A DNA stretch of 63,377 nt, filler included, from an uncultured Synergistales bacterium (GTDB lineage Bacteria; Synergistota; Synergistia; Synergistales; Aminobacteriaceae), in NCBI GenBank assembly GCA_937897575.1. It is 5 parts of 5 records of this genome, joined end to end, with 100 filler letters (N's around TTAATTAATTAA, not from the genome) between each part and the next. Parts side by side here need not be neighbours in the genome. Positions count along the whole stretch, not along the records: positions 36,829 to 59,507 come from CALCQG010000097.1; 4 more parts are not named here. One strand, 5' to 3'. The notes under the pieces were generated by a model, which saw nothing but the letters and a program-made list of their open reading frames with translations, searched no databases and was not told the DNA's origin. The translations under genes were made by a program, and so were the position numbers. Shown piece by piece: positions 37,761 through 47,197 of the stretch (its first letter is position 1; each line of letters starts with the position of its first letter).

Positions 37761-39721
37761 GCCCCGCCGAGGCTTTTCCGGCGTTTGCTCTTCTGGTAGA
37801 ACCAGTCGAGGACCAGAATAGCCGCTCCGGCGAGGTCCGTGTAGAGCCCCGGTTTGATGAGCATGAGCGCTCCGGCGAAGACCACCACCCGCTCGATCTT
37901 GGAGAGCGGCACGTACCAGAAACCGGCCCCGGCTACGGCGAGGCAGAAGGCGCCCATAAGGGCCGAGATGCTGACGAGCACCACCTCCATGGCCGTAGTG
38001 TCGATGAGGAGCAGCGACGGGTTGTAGGCGAAGATGTAGGGGATCAGGAACGCCGCGATGGCCAGGCGTAGAGAGGTCCAGCCGGTCTTCATGGGGTTGG
38101 CCCCTGCGATCCCCGCTCCCGCGTAGGCCGCCAGAGCCACCGGAGGCGTGAGGTCGGCGATGATGCCGTAGTACAGGATGAACATATGGGCCGCCATGGC
38201 CGGGACGCCGAACTTCTGAATGGCCGGCGCCGCCATGGAGGCGAGAATGATGTACTTCGCCGTTGTGGGAAGGCCCATGCCGAGGATGATGGAGGCGATC
38301 ATGGTGAGGAAGAGGGTGAAGAAGAAGCTCCCTCCCGCCAGCATGATGATGCCGTTGGCCATCTTGAGCCCCAGCCCCGTGAGCGTCACGATGCCGATGA
38401 TGATGCCCGCCGCGGCGCACGCCGCGGCCACGCCGAGGGCGCTTCTGGCCCCGTCCTCGAGGGCCTGGAGGACATCGGAGAGCTTCAGGCGGGTGTTCTT
38501 CCGCATCATGGCCACCACCACGGTGGCAACGATGCAGACCAGAGCGGCCCGAAGGGGAGTGTACCCGCTCACGAGCATGTAGATGATGACGCCCAGCGGA
38601 ATAAGCAGGTGTCCGCCCTCGCGGAGGACCTTCTTCGGATCGGGGAGGGACTCCTTGGGCAGCCCCTTGAGCCCGAGCCGCAACGCCTCCATGTGCACCA
38701 TGAGCCCTACGGCGAGATAGTAGAGCACGGCGGGCAGCGCCGCCGCGATGGCGATGGTGGCGTAGGGGACGCCGATGAACTCCGACATGACGAAGGCCGC
38801 TGCGCCCATGATGGGGGGCATGAGCTGCCCTCCCGTGGACGCCGCCGCCTCCACGGCGCCGGCGAAGTGGGCCGGGTAACCGATGCTCTTCATCAGGGGG
38901 ATGGTGAAGGTCCCCGTGGTCACCACGTTGGCCACGGAGCTGCCCGAGATGGTGCCGAAGAGGCCGCTGGCCAGCACCGCCACCTTGGCGGGGCCGCCCA
39001 CGGTGTGCCCCGTGGCGGCGAGGGCCAGGTCGATGAAGAACTTCCCGAGGCCGCTCTTATGCAGAAATGCGCCGAAGAGGATGAAGAGGTACACGAAGGT
39101 GGCCGACACGCCCAGGGGGAGGCCGAAGATCCCCTCGGTGGTCATGTACAGATGGTTCAGGATGCGCCTTGTGGTGAACCCCCGATGGCCGAACATCCCC
39201 GGGATGTACGGGCCGAGGTAGGCATACAGGATGAAGACTATGGCGATGATGGAGATGGGGGACCCTATGACCCGACGCGCCCCCTCGAGGACGAGGAGCA
39301 CCGTCACGCCGGCCACGATGAGGTCCATGGTGGTGGGAAGACCGCCCCGAAGGACGATGCTGTGGTAGTTCGCCACAAGATAGGCCCCGGCAATGGCTCC
39401 GAGCGCGGCGAGAACGACGTCCACCGGGTTCATGGACGAACGGGACCCCTTCGCCGTCGCGGGGTAGAGCAGGAAGACAAGCGCCAGGGCAAAGGCCAGG
39501 TGCGTTCCCCGCTGGATCTGGGCGGGGTAGACGCCGAAGGCGGCCGTGTAGAGCTGGAAAAGCGAAAAACAGATGCAGATGATGGCGATGATCCTCGCCC
39601 ACATCCCCGTGAGCTCGCGGAAGGTGGACTCCCGGTCGTACTTCTTCAGTATTTCATCCACATTGATGGTCTTGGTCTCTTCTGCGATGATATCGTGCAC
39701 TTTTTGTTGCTGTTCGCTCAC
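37757..39721 (-). CDS. TAXI-TRAP fused permease (4TM/12TM)
   Basis: GGPAKVAV, SGSSVANV, AASTGGQLMPPIMGAAAF, LGMGLPT, LTPPVAL. Confidence 0.93.
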   Translation of the reverse strand: MSEQQQKVHDIIAEETKTINVDEILKKYDRESTFRELTGMWARIIAIICICFSLFQLYTAAFGVYPAQIQRGTHLAFALALVFLLYPATAKGSRSSMNPVDVVLAALGAIAGAYLVANYHSIVLRGGLPTTMDLIVAGVTVLLVLEGARRVIGSPISIIAIVFILYAYLGPYIPGMFGHRGFTTRRILNHLYMTTEGIFGLPLGVSATFVYLFILFGAFLHKSGLGKFFIDLALAATGHTVGGPAKVAVLASGLFGTISGSSVANVVTTGTFTIPLMKSIGYPAHFAGAVEAAASTGGQLMPPIMGAAAFVMSEFIGVPYATIAIAAALPAVLYYLAVGLMVHMEALRLGLKGLPKESLPDPKKVLREGGHLLIPLGVIIYMLVSGYTPLRAALVCIVATVVVAMMRKNTRLKLSDVLQALEDGARSALGVAAACAAAGIIIGIVTLTGLGLKMANGIIMLAGGSFFFTLFLTMIASIILGMGLPTTAKYIILASMAAPAIQKFGVPAMAAHMFILYYGIIADLTPPVALAAYAGAGIAGANPMKTGWTSLRLAIAAFLIPYIFAYNPSLLLIDTTAMEVVLVSISALMGAFCLAVAGAGFWYVPLSKIERVVVFAGALMLIKPGLYTDLAGAAILVLDWFYQKSKRRKSLGGA

Positions 39722-40239
39722 TGCACTCCCTCCCGTAGCACCAACAGAAATACCGGGCATTCCGATATTTTCAGGGTCACGGTCTGCCCCGGCTGTTCAA
39801 AGTCCCGGAGAGGAATCTCCCCGTCTCGAACTAACAATGTGTGCTCTGCCACCCGGCCGACCCGGACGGGGACGGAGCGGAAAAAACGCCTCATCCCCAC
39901 AATGCGGAAACGGCCCTGTTCCACCAGAAAACGCGCCCCCTCCTCCGCCTCGAAGGGGAGTCCCGCACCGAAGGAGTCGAAGGCCGTCTCCCTGAGCTGG
40001 ATCCTTTCCCCCGGGGCCGGGGTGAAAACTTCGACCACGGGGCGCTTCGCCACAGAGTGGATATACCGGATCGCAAAAGGCTCTCCCGTCCCGAGAGGGA
40101 TCCTCAGAAAGGACGTTCCCGACGGGGATGCGACGGAAAGGACGGGCACCGGGGCGAATGCCAGGAATATCAGGCCGCAGAGCGCCACGAAGACCGCTCC
40201 ACGACGTTTCCACGACAGACAAGACGCATTCCCGCTCAT
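39718..40239 (-). CDS. DUF1850-family protein
   Basis: YIHSV..PV.E and FGAGLP motifs; usual position within TAXI operons. Confidence 0.75.
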   Translation of the reverse strand: MSGNASCLSWKRRGAVFVALCGLIFLAFAPVPVLSVASPSGTSFLRIPLGTGEPFAIRYIHSVAKRPVVEVFTPAPGERIQLRETAFDSFGAGLPFEAEEGARFLVEQGRFRIVGMRRFFRSVPVRVGRVAEHTLLVRDGEIPLRDFEQPGQTVTLKISECPVFLLVLREGVQ

Positions 40240-40259
40240 TTGCGCGTGTGAAAGAGGTG

Positions 40260-40290
40260 AAAAACGCCGGGAGAGGATCCTCTCCCGGCG
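40260..40290 (-). terminator. Hairpin/terminator after the TAXI receptor gene
   Basis: CGCCGGGAGAGG/CCTCTCCCGGCG followed by a T tract on the minus strand. Confidence 0.65.
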
Positions 40291-40304
40291 GGGGACGCCT
40301 TGTC

Positions 40305-41270
40305 CTACTTTATCAGCCCGATCTCTTTGTAGTACTTCTGGGCGCCCGGATGGATCGGGACGGTAATCCCGTCGAGGGCCCTCTGGGGATCGATGCTGTT
40401 GCCCTTATGGTGGGCCTGGCCGATCTCCGCCCGGTTCTCGAAGAGCGCCTTCGTCATGGCATAGACCACGTCCTCGGGGAGGCTGTTGTGCACGATGAGG
40501 ATGGCCTGAACCGCCACGGTCTCCACCGCCTCGGGCTGCCCCTTGTACGTGTTCGCGGGGATCACTTCGGCGGCAAAGAAGGGGTACTTCTGCATCAGGA
40601 TATCCCTGTCAGCGCCGGCGATGGAGATGAACTTCAGGGGGTGCATAGTGGCGATATCCTGAATCGCCGAGTTCGGAGCGCCGGTGGTGAACATGAAGGC
40701 GTCGATGAGCCTGTCCTTGAAGTGGTCCGCCGTCTCGGCGTAGGACAGGAAGTGCGGCTCGAAGCTCTGATAGTCCAGGGCAAACACGCTGGTGATCTGA
40801 CGGACGTTGGCCTCGTTGCCGCTTCCCGGGGCGCCCACGGAGATCTTCTTGCCCTTGAAGTCGGCCACGGAGTTGATGGGGCTGTCGGCGTTGGTCACCG
40901 TCTGGATCAGCTCAGGGTAGATACGGGCCATGGCGCTGAAGTTCTCGTTCTTCGTATTGAAGAACTCGATGCCGTTGTAGGCGTAGTGGGCGATATCGTT
41001 CTGCACGATGGCCATATCCACGTCGTGCATGCCGATGAGGTTCATGTTCTCGTTCGAGGCTCCGGTGGACTGAGCCGTGATGTTCACGAGCCCGGTCTTC
41101 GTGCTGAGGATCTGTCCTATGGCGCCGCCCAGGGGGTAGTACGTGCCCGCTGTCCCTCCCGTGGCGAGGGTGAGCTGCATCGGGGCCGCAAAAGCCGCTC
41201 CCGCTGCGAAAAGAAGGATGGCTATCACCGCAAGTGTCGCTTTACCAACATGTCCTTTCATTTTGAACAT
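40305..41270 (-). CDS. TAXI-family TRAP solute receptor
   Basis: ATGGTAGTYYPLG, STGASNEN, GAPGSG, PIHPGA.KYY. Confidence 0.93.
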   Translation of the reverse strand: MFKMKGHVGKATLAVIAILLFAAGAAFAAPMQLTLATGGTAGTYYPLGGAIGQILSTKTGLVNITAQSTGASNENMNLIGMHDVDMAIVQNDIAHYAYNGIEFFNTKNENFSAMARIYPELIQTVTNADSPINSVADFKGKKISVGAPGSGNEANVRQITSVFALDYQSFEPHFLSYAETADHFKDRLIDAFMFTTGAPNSAIQDIATMHPLKFISIAGADRDILMQKYPFFAAEVIPANTYKGQPEAVETVAVQAILIVHNSLPEDVVYAMTKALFENRAEIGQAHHKGNSIDPQRALDGITVPIHPGAQKYYKEIGLIK

Positions 41271-41448
41271 CGGATCACCCTCCTGTTGTCAGATGTGAAA
41301 CGTTTTTATTATACACGATCCACCCCTCTGCGCACCCTTCCGCAGGAAAAGAGGGCGCGCCGCCGACATCGCTCCGTCCTCGTGCTATAGTACTGTGTGC
41401 CCCGCTTGCCTCCCGCGAGCGGAGGCCGAAGCGAAAGGAGCTCTTGCC

Positions 41449-42387
41449 ATGACCGCGAAAAAGATCCTCGTGACCCTGTTCGTCACCCTGATCGCCCTGA
41501 CCGGTTCGTCGGCCGCCGCCGGGGGGCGGCTGTCCGTCTTCGTCTCCATCCTGCCTCAGAAGTACTTCGCCGAGCAGATCGGCGGCGACCGCGTCACCGT
41601 CTCCGCCCTCGTGGAGAAGGGGCAGGACCCCCACACCTTCGAGCCGCGGCCCGCCCAGATGGCGGCCCTTGCCGAGGCGGCCGCATACCTCTCCATCGGC
41701 ATGCCCTTCGAGGAGGCCCTTCTGCCGAAGCTCCTGCAGCTGAACCCCGGGCTTCGCCTCTTCGAATCCGATGCCGGCGTGGAGCGGATCATGCCGGAGG
41801 AGGTGCACCATCATGAGGACGCTGCCCAGAGCCGGGAGCACCATGACGAAGAGGAGCACGACCACGAGGCGATCCACGACGACCATGAGCACCATCACGA
41901 CGGGGCGGACCCCCACGTCTGGAACGCCCCCCGGGAGGCGAAGATCATCGCGTCGAACATGCTCCGCACCCTGACGGAGCTCGACCCCGAGGGGGCAGAC
42001 TACTACTCCGCAAACTTCGCCGCCCTCTCGTCCCGGCTCGACGCGATGGACGACGAGTTCAAAACCCTTTTCCGCGGGAAGGAGGGCACGGCGTTCCTCG
42101 TCTTTCACCCCGGCTGGGGCTACCTCGCCCGGCAGTACGGCCTCCGGGAGGTGGCCATCGAGGTGGACGGCAAGGAACCCAAGGCCTCGGACATGGCGTG
42201 CATCGTCTCCGATGCCAAGGAGCGCGGCGTTCGGATCCTCTTCATCGCCCCCCAGTTCTCGAGGCGGAGCGCCGAGACCGTCGCCCGGGCCGTAGGGGCC
42301 TCCGTGGAGGTGGCGGACCCCCTGGCGGAGGAGTGGGAGGCCAACCTCCGACGGGTGGCCCAAGCGATCGCCGACGCGGCCAGATAG
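41449..42387 (+). CDS. znuA: Zn ABC substrate-binding protein with His-rich loop
   Basis: DPHTFEP, His/Glu/Asp-rich loop, DPHVW, FHPGWGYL. Confidence 0.92.
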   Translation: MTAKKILVTLFVTLIALTGSSAAAGGRLSVFVSILPQKYFAEQIGGDRVTVSALVEKGQDPHTFEPRPAQMAALAEAAAYLSIGMPFEEALLPKLLQLNPGLRLFESDAGVERIMPEEVHHHEDAAQSREHHDEEEHDHEAIHDDHEHHHDGADPHVWNAPREAKIIASNMLRTLTELDPEGADYYSANFAALSSRLDAMDDEFKTLFRGKEGTAFLVFHPGWGYLARQYGLREVAIEVDGKEPKASDMACIVSDAKERGVRILFIAPQFSRRSAETVARAVGASVEVADPLAEEWEANLRRVAQAIADAAR

Positions 42388-42530
42388 TCCGACGAACCGC
42401 CGGGGACCGACCCCTTCGTCGGGGGGATGCCCCTGTACAGAAGCGAGGCCTGCGGATACAATAGCCCCGGAAAATGAGCGCCCGCGCCCGATGGAGCGGG
42501 TGCATCACGGCACCGGGAGGTTCCCTCTGC

Positions 42531-43346
42531 ATGGATACGAATGTGCTCATCGCCTTCGGGCTGACCCTCTTGGCTGGGCTCTCCACCGGGATAGGGAGCA
42601 TACTCGCCTTCTTCGCGAAGCGCACGAACACCCGTTTTCTCTCCTTCGCCCTCGGCTTTTCCGCCGGCGTGATGGTCTACGTCTCCATGGCCGACATCCT
42701 CCCCCACGCCCAGAAGATCCTCCAGGCCGCCCACGGAGAGCAGCGGGGCTCCTGGATCTCCATCCTCTCCTTCTTTGCCGGGATCTTCGTCGTGCTCCTC
42801 ATCGACCGCCTCGTCCCGTACTACGAGAACCCCCACGAGCTGCACTGCGTCGAAGAGGCCTACGAGACGGAGGTGGAGACGGGCCATAGGAGTGCCCTCA
42901 TGCGCCTCGGCCTGCTGAGCGCCATCGCCGTCACGGTCCACAACTTTCCCGAGGGCATCGCCGCCTTCATGGCGAGCGTCCACGACCCCCGGCTCGGCCT
43001 GCCCATCGCCCTGGCCATAGCGATCCACAACATCCCCGAGGGCATCGCCATCTCCGTCCCCATCTACTGCGCCACGGGCGACCGCTTCAAGGCCTTCCGC
43101 TTCTCCTTCTTCTCGGGCCTCGCGGAACCCCTGGGGGCGCTCCTGGCCTACCTCGTGCTCATGCCCTTCCTGAACGACACCGTCTTCGGCGTCACCTTCG
43201 CCGCCGTGGCCGGGATCATGATCTTCATATCAGTGGACCAACTCCTCCCGTCGGCACAGAAGTACGGGGAGCACCACATCTCCGCCTACGGGTTCATCGC
43301 CGGCATGATGGTCATGGCCGTCAGCCTGCTGCTCTTCATCCAATAA
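42531..43346 (+). CDS. zupT: ZIP-family zinc transporter
   Basis: FSAGVM, HNFPEG, HNIPEG, SGLAEPLG. Confidence 0.93.
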   Translation: MDTNVLIAFGLTLLAGLSTGIGSILAFFAKRTNTRFLSFALGFSAGVMVYVSMADILPHAQKILQAAHGEQRGSWISILSFFAGIFVVLLIDRLVPYYENPHELHCVEEAYETEVETGHRSALMRLGLLSAIAVTVHNFPEGIAAFMASVHDPRLGLPIALAIAIHNIPEGIAISVPIYCATGDRFKAFRFSFFSGLAEPLGALLAYLVLMPFLNDTVFGVTFAAVAGIMIFISVDQLLPSAQKYGEHHISAYGFIAGMMVMAVSLLLFIQ

Positions 43347-43366
43347 CCGCCAAAGGGGGAATCCCT

Positions 43367-44458
43367 GTGACCGAGCCCATCAGAGGAACCATCCTGGCCG
43401 TCTGCACCGCACCAGCCAAGGGCGTGCAGAAGAGAGACAGGGGCGAGGCAGTCCTCGTCCCGGGGAAGGGCATCAAAGGGGACGGGCATTTCGGTTTTGC
43501 GCACCGTCAGGTGAGCCTCCTCGACGCCGCCGAAATCGAGAGGATGAAACGGATCATCCCGGGGCTGTTTCCCGGAGCCTTCGCAGAGAACATCGTCACC
43601 GACGGCATCGACCTGGCGGCCCTCACCCTGGGGGACCGGCTCCGGATGGGCAAGGCCCTTCTCCGGGTCACCCAGCTCGGCAAGGAGTGTCACAGCCACT
43701 GCGCCATCTACGAGGCGGCGGGCGACTGCATCATGCCCAGGCTGGGCATCTTCTGCGAGGTGCTTGCGGGCGGCGCGGTCCGACGGGGTGACGTCGTCGA
43801 ACTCCTGCCGGAGCCAGACGACGGGGAGAGTGCGGCGACCCTCTCATCCGACGATCACGTGCCGCTCCCCGGGGAGCGGCACGTGATCGTCCTTCTCGAC
43901 GGGGAGAACATCGCCGAAGGGGTCTGCACCCACGGCATGGAGCGCTACTGGGCTGTGGGTCGCCTCGTCGCCCTGGGGCTTCTTCGCCGGCGGGACGACA
44001 TGGGCAGCCTCGAGATCCGGGATGACGACAGCGGCAGGACCATCGCCGTGACGAAGAAAAAGGCCGGGGAGCCTGCGGCGCTTCAGGAGATCCTCGCCCA
44101 CAGGGGAGCCAACCTGCCCGTCCCCCTCGAGGCCGTCGCAGGCCAGCTGAACAGTCTTGAGGGCGCCGTCCTGCTGGACGCCTCGGGCGGCGAGATCGTC
44201 CGGACGATGGACGCCGACGGGACCGTCGCCATGGAGAAGGCCATCGGATGGGCCGTCCTCCGCAACGTACCGCTGGAAAAGACAGCCCTCCTCGTCACCG
44301 CGCCCCTCACCGCCGCCACAGTGCGGACGGCCCTTCGCGCCGGAGCCCCGCTCCTCGCCGGAGCGACCCGGCCGACCCTCCAGGCTACCCTGGCCGCGGG
44401 AGGGAACATGCACCTCGCCGGCCGAGGCCGGGAGGACGAGATCGTTCTGTACGTCTGA
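43367..44458 (+). CDS. MOSC-domain protein fused to a degenerate FdhD-like domain
   Basis: RQVSLL, GAFAENI, GKECHSHC, CIMPRLG; C-terminal half weakly FdhD-like. Confidence 0.7.
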   Translation: MTEPIRGTILAVCTAPAKGVQKRDRGEAVLVPGKGIKGDGHFGFAHRQVSLLDAAEIERMKRIIPGLFPGAFAENIVTDGIDLAALTLGDRLRMGKALLRVTQLGKECHSHCAIYEAAGDCIMPRLGIFCEVLAGGAVRRGDVVELLPEPDDGESAATLSSDDHVPLPGERHVIVLLDGENIAEGVCTHGMERYWAVGRLVALGLLRRRDDMGSLEIRDDDSGRTIAVTKKKAGEPAALQEILAHRGANLPVPLEAVAGQLNSLEGAVLLDASGGEIVRTMDADGTVAMEKAIGWAVLRNVPLEKTALLVTAPLTAATVRTALRAGAPLLAGATRPTLQATLAAGGNMHLAGRGREDEIVLYV

Positions 44459-44478
44459 GTCACGACGGACCCGGTAGA

Positions 44479-44520
44479 ACGACGAAGGGTGCGGACATGA
44501 ACGTCCGCACCCTTCGTCGT
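44479..44520. terminator. Hairpin between convergent genes
   Basis: 18-bp perfect stem ACGACGAAGGGTGCGGAC/GTCCGCACCCTTCGTCGT. Confidence 0.75.
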
Positions 44521-44552
44521 ATCGCAAGCGAGAGACAAAAACCCGACGAGGC

Positions 44553-45215
44553 TCAGCCCCTCTTGGCGGCGCGAATGGAAGCGATCGTCGCCAACACCGT
44601 CTCGGCAGCGGCCCGGACGGCGTCGTAGTCGCCCTCTTTGCCGTTCGGTTTCACCAGGGCGTTCCCCAGCCCGACGGCAAAGGCGCCCGCCGCAAACCAG
44701 TCCTCGAGGTTGGAGGGCGTAACGCCGCCGATGGGCATGATCTGCGCCTCGGGAAGCGGTCCATGGACCGCCTTGATGAACTTGGGCCCCAACACGTCGC
44801 CGGGGAAGGCCTTCACCACGTCGGAACCCCACTCCATGGCTCGGACCACCTCCGTCACCGTCCCCACCCCGGGCATGTAGGGAACGCCGTAGCGGTTGCA
44901 CAACTTCGCGACGTCCTCGCTGAAACAGTGCGAGACGATGAACTGACCTCCCGCGTCGATGCACAGCTTGGCCGTCTCGGAGTCGGCCACGGTCCCGGCC
45001 CCGAGGACCAACCCGCTGTTCTTGCCCTTCGCCCAGAGCTCCTTCATGATGTCCAGCGCCCCGGGAAAGGTCGTCGACACCTCGAGGACCGATATCCCGC
45101 CCTCGAAGATCGCCTGCGCCGAGCGAATCCCGTTCTCCACGTCCTTCGTCCGGATGATTCCCACGACGCCGAGCTCCCAGATACGATGCAGCACCTCATA
45201 TTTTCGGATGTTCAT
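44553..45215 (-). CDS. eda: KDPG/KHG aldolase
   Basis: GIIR, GAGTV, FIVS, VKAFPG, MPIGGV. Confidence 0.88.
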   Translation of the reverse strand: MNIRKYEVLHRIWELGVVGIIRTKDVENGIRSAQAIFEGGISVLEVSTTFPGALDIMKELWAKGKNSGLVLGAGTVADSETAKLCIDAGGQFIVSHCFSEDVAKLCNRYGVPYMPGVGTVTEVVRAMEWGSDVVKAFPGDVLGPKFIKAVHGPLPEAQIMPIGGVTPSNLEDWFAAGAFAVGLGNALVKPNGKEGDYDAVRAAAETVLATIASIRAAKRG

Positions 45216-45240
45216 GCTCTTCCCTCCCATAGATCGTTTG

Positions 45241-45268
45241 TTGACTCGATAGAGGACGATAGTATAAT
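45241..45268 (+). promoter_or_regulatory. Putative sigma70 promoter of the 45313-56710 operon
   Basis: TTGACT-N16-TATAAT. Confidence 0.65.
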
Positions 45269-45312
45269 AACAGAAATTTATCCTGTCTTATTTTTTTTCA
45301 GGGGGCGCAAGA

Positions 45313-46005
45313 ATGAAAAGAATTCTTGATGAATTCGGCTTTTTCGAAGGCCTGCTGAAAAGCCTCTCCGCCGTGTTCGGGGCAAACTGCGAGATCGTCC
45401 TGCACGACCTTACCGACGGCTACGAGAGCACCGTCGCGATGATCGAAAACGGACACGTCACGGGCCGCAAGGTCGGGGACTGCGGCAGCAATCTCGGGCT
45501 GGAGGTCCTCCGCGGCTCCGTCGTCGACGGCAACAAGTACGGCTACTACGCCCACACGAAGGACGGGCGGCTGCTCCGGTCATCCTCCATATACATCCGG
45601 AACGACGAGGACAAGGTCGTGGGATGCCTCTGCATCAACTTCGACATCTCGAACCTCATGGTGGCGAACAAGGCGATTCAGGCCCTCGTGGCCAACGGCG
45701 GGGAGGGGCAGCCGAATCGGCAGGAGGAGGAGGAGTTCTTCGTCAACAACGTCAACGAACTCCTGGACGCCCTCCTCAGAAAGGCCCACGACGAGATCGG
45801 AAAGCCCGTATCCTACATGTCCCGGGAGGAGAAGATCCGGTTCGTCCAGTACCTCGACCACAAGGGGGCCTTCCTCGTGACGAAATCGGGGGACAGGATA
45901 TGCCGGTACCTCGACATCTCGAAGTTCACGCTGTACTCCTACCTCGACGAGGTCCATTCAGAGAACAAAAAATCAGAACAGGGCGGCGATGGCGATGACT
46001 CGTGA
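45313..46005 (+). CDS. YheO/DauR-like PAS-HTH transcriptional regulator
   Basis: CEIVLHDL, NGHVTGRKVG, LRSSS, CLCINFD, KGAFLV, ISKFTLYSYL. Confidence 0.9.
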   Translation: MKRILDEFGFFEGLLKSLSAVFGANCEIVLHDLTDGYESTVAMIENGHVTGRKVGDCGSNLGLEVLRGSVVDGNKYGYYAHTKDGRLLRSSSIYIRNDEDKVVGCLCINFDISNLMVANKAIQALVANGGEGQPNRQEEEEFFVNNVNELLDALLRKAHDEIGKPVSYMSREEKIRFVQYLDHKGAFLVTKSGDRICRYLDISKFTLYSYLDEVHSENKKSEQGGDGDDS

Positions 46006-47125
46006 CATCTACGGAGAACTGGGCGTCAGAAAGGTGATCAACGCGGCGGGGACATACACCATGGTCGGAGGATCCCGGATGAGCGAGGCGACGCTGGAGG
46101 CCATGAACGCCGCCGCGCGGGACCACGTCGTTCTCAAGGAGCTCCAGCAGAAGGTGCACGGAAGACTGGCCGAACTGACCAGGAACGAGGCGGCCTTCGT
46201 GACGAACGGGGCGGCGGCGGCTCTGCACATTGCGGCGGCTGCGTGCATCGCAAAAAAATATGGGCGCCTCTACCGGGCCCTCTCCCCGGAACAGATAGCG
46301 AAAAGCGAGATCGTCATCCACCGGGCCCACAGGAACCCCTACGACTGGTCGGTCCGCCTCGTCGGCGCCAAAATCGTCGAGGTCGGCTTTCCCAACACCA
46401 TCCTCCCGACGACGGAGGACGACCTGGAGTACGCCATCACGGAGAACACTGCCGCCATCTTCTACTTCTTCATGGGTGCCGGCGGCTGGATGGCACCCGG
46501 CGCCCTCGGCTTCGAGGGGACGCTGCGCGTGGCGGCCCGCCACGGGATCCCTGTGATCGTCGACTCCGCCGCGCAGGTCCCCCCCGTGGACAACCTCTGG
46601 AGGCTCACGGAGATGGGGGCGACAGCCTGCGTCTTCAGCGGCGGCAAGGACCTCAGGGGCCCCCAGGCGAGCGGCCTGATCGTGGGGAAGCGGGAGCTGT
46701 TCTCGTGGATCGAGCGAACGGCCTTCCCCGAGTACGGCGTGGGCAGGATGTTCAAGGTGGGACGCGAGGAGATAGTCGGCCTCCTTGCCGCCGTCGAGCA
46801 GTACGTCGCCATGGACCACGGGGCGCGGGCCGCGTGGGCGGAGAGGCGCATCGCCTCGACGATCGCCGAGTTCGAAGGCGATCCCGTCGTGTCCGTCCGC
46901 CGGGTCTACCCCAACGAGGCGGGGCAACCCTTCCCCCAGATGGTCATCTCCTTCGCCAAACCGGGGTGCGCGGCGGAGGCCCTTCGTCAGCTCCGGGAGG
47001 GGAACCCCTCCATCTTCACCATGGCCGCCGATGACCGTTCCGTCTTCGTGAACCCCATGACCCTTCGGGACGACGAGATCGACGCGATCGTGTCGAGGGT
47101 CGGAGAGGTGAAGAACAGCCTCTGA
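45989..47125 (+). CDS. SelA-like PLP enzyme (DgaE-related ammonia-lyase candidate)
   Basis: VINAAGTYT..GGS, VDSAAQ, FSGGKDLRGPQASG, GRMFKVGREEI. Confidence 0.82.
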   Translation: MAMTRDIYGELGVRKVINAAGTYTMVGGSRMSEATLEAMNAAARDHVVLKELQQKVHGRLAELTRNEAAFVTNGAAAALHIAAAACIAKKYGRLYRALSPEQIAKSEIVIHRAHRNPYDWSVRLVGAKIVEVGFPNTILPTTEDDLEYAITENTAAIFYFFMGAGGWMAPGALGFEGTLRVAARHGIPVIVDSAAQVPPVDNLWRLTEMGATACVFSGGKDLRGPQASGLIVGKRELFSWIERTAFPEYGVGRMFKVGREEIVGLLAAVEQYVAMDHGARAAWAERRIASTIAEFEGDPVVSVRRVYPNEAGQPFPQMVISFAKPGCAAEALRQLREGNPSIFTMAADDRSVFVNPMTLRDDEIDAIVSRVGEVKNSL

Positions 47126-47197
47126 AGTGACGGCGGGAAGGGCGTCTTCATCCCGGCCGCGGCGCCGGGCAACGGTGAACGCAGGAAAGGTGAGAAC

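Noticed and set aside
31762..42387. znuCB and znuA as a single locus
   Set aside because: They are separated by a contig spacer, so physical linkage is unknown
45989..47125. True selenocysteine synthase selA
   Set aside because: The protein is shorter than SelA, there is no selB/selC/selD context, and its neighbours are catabolic
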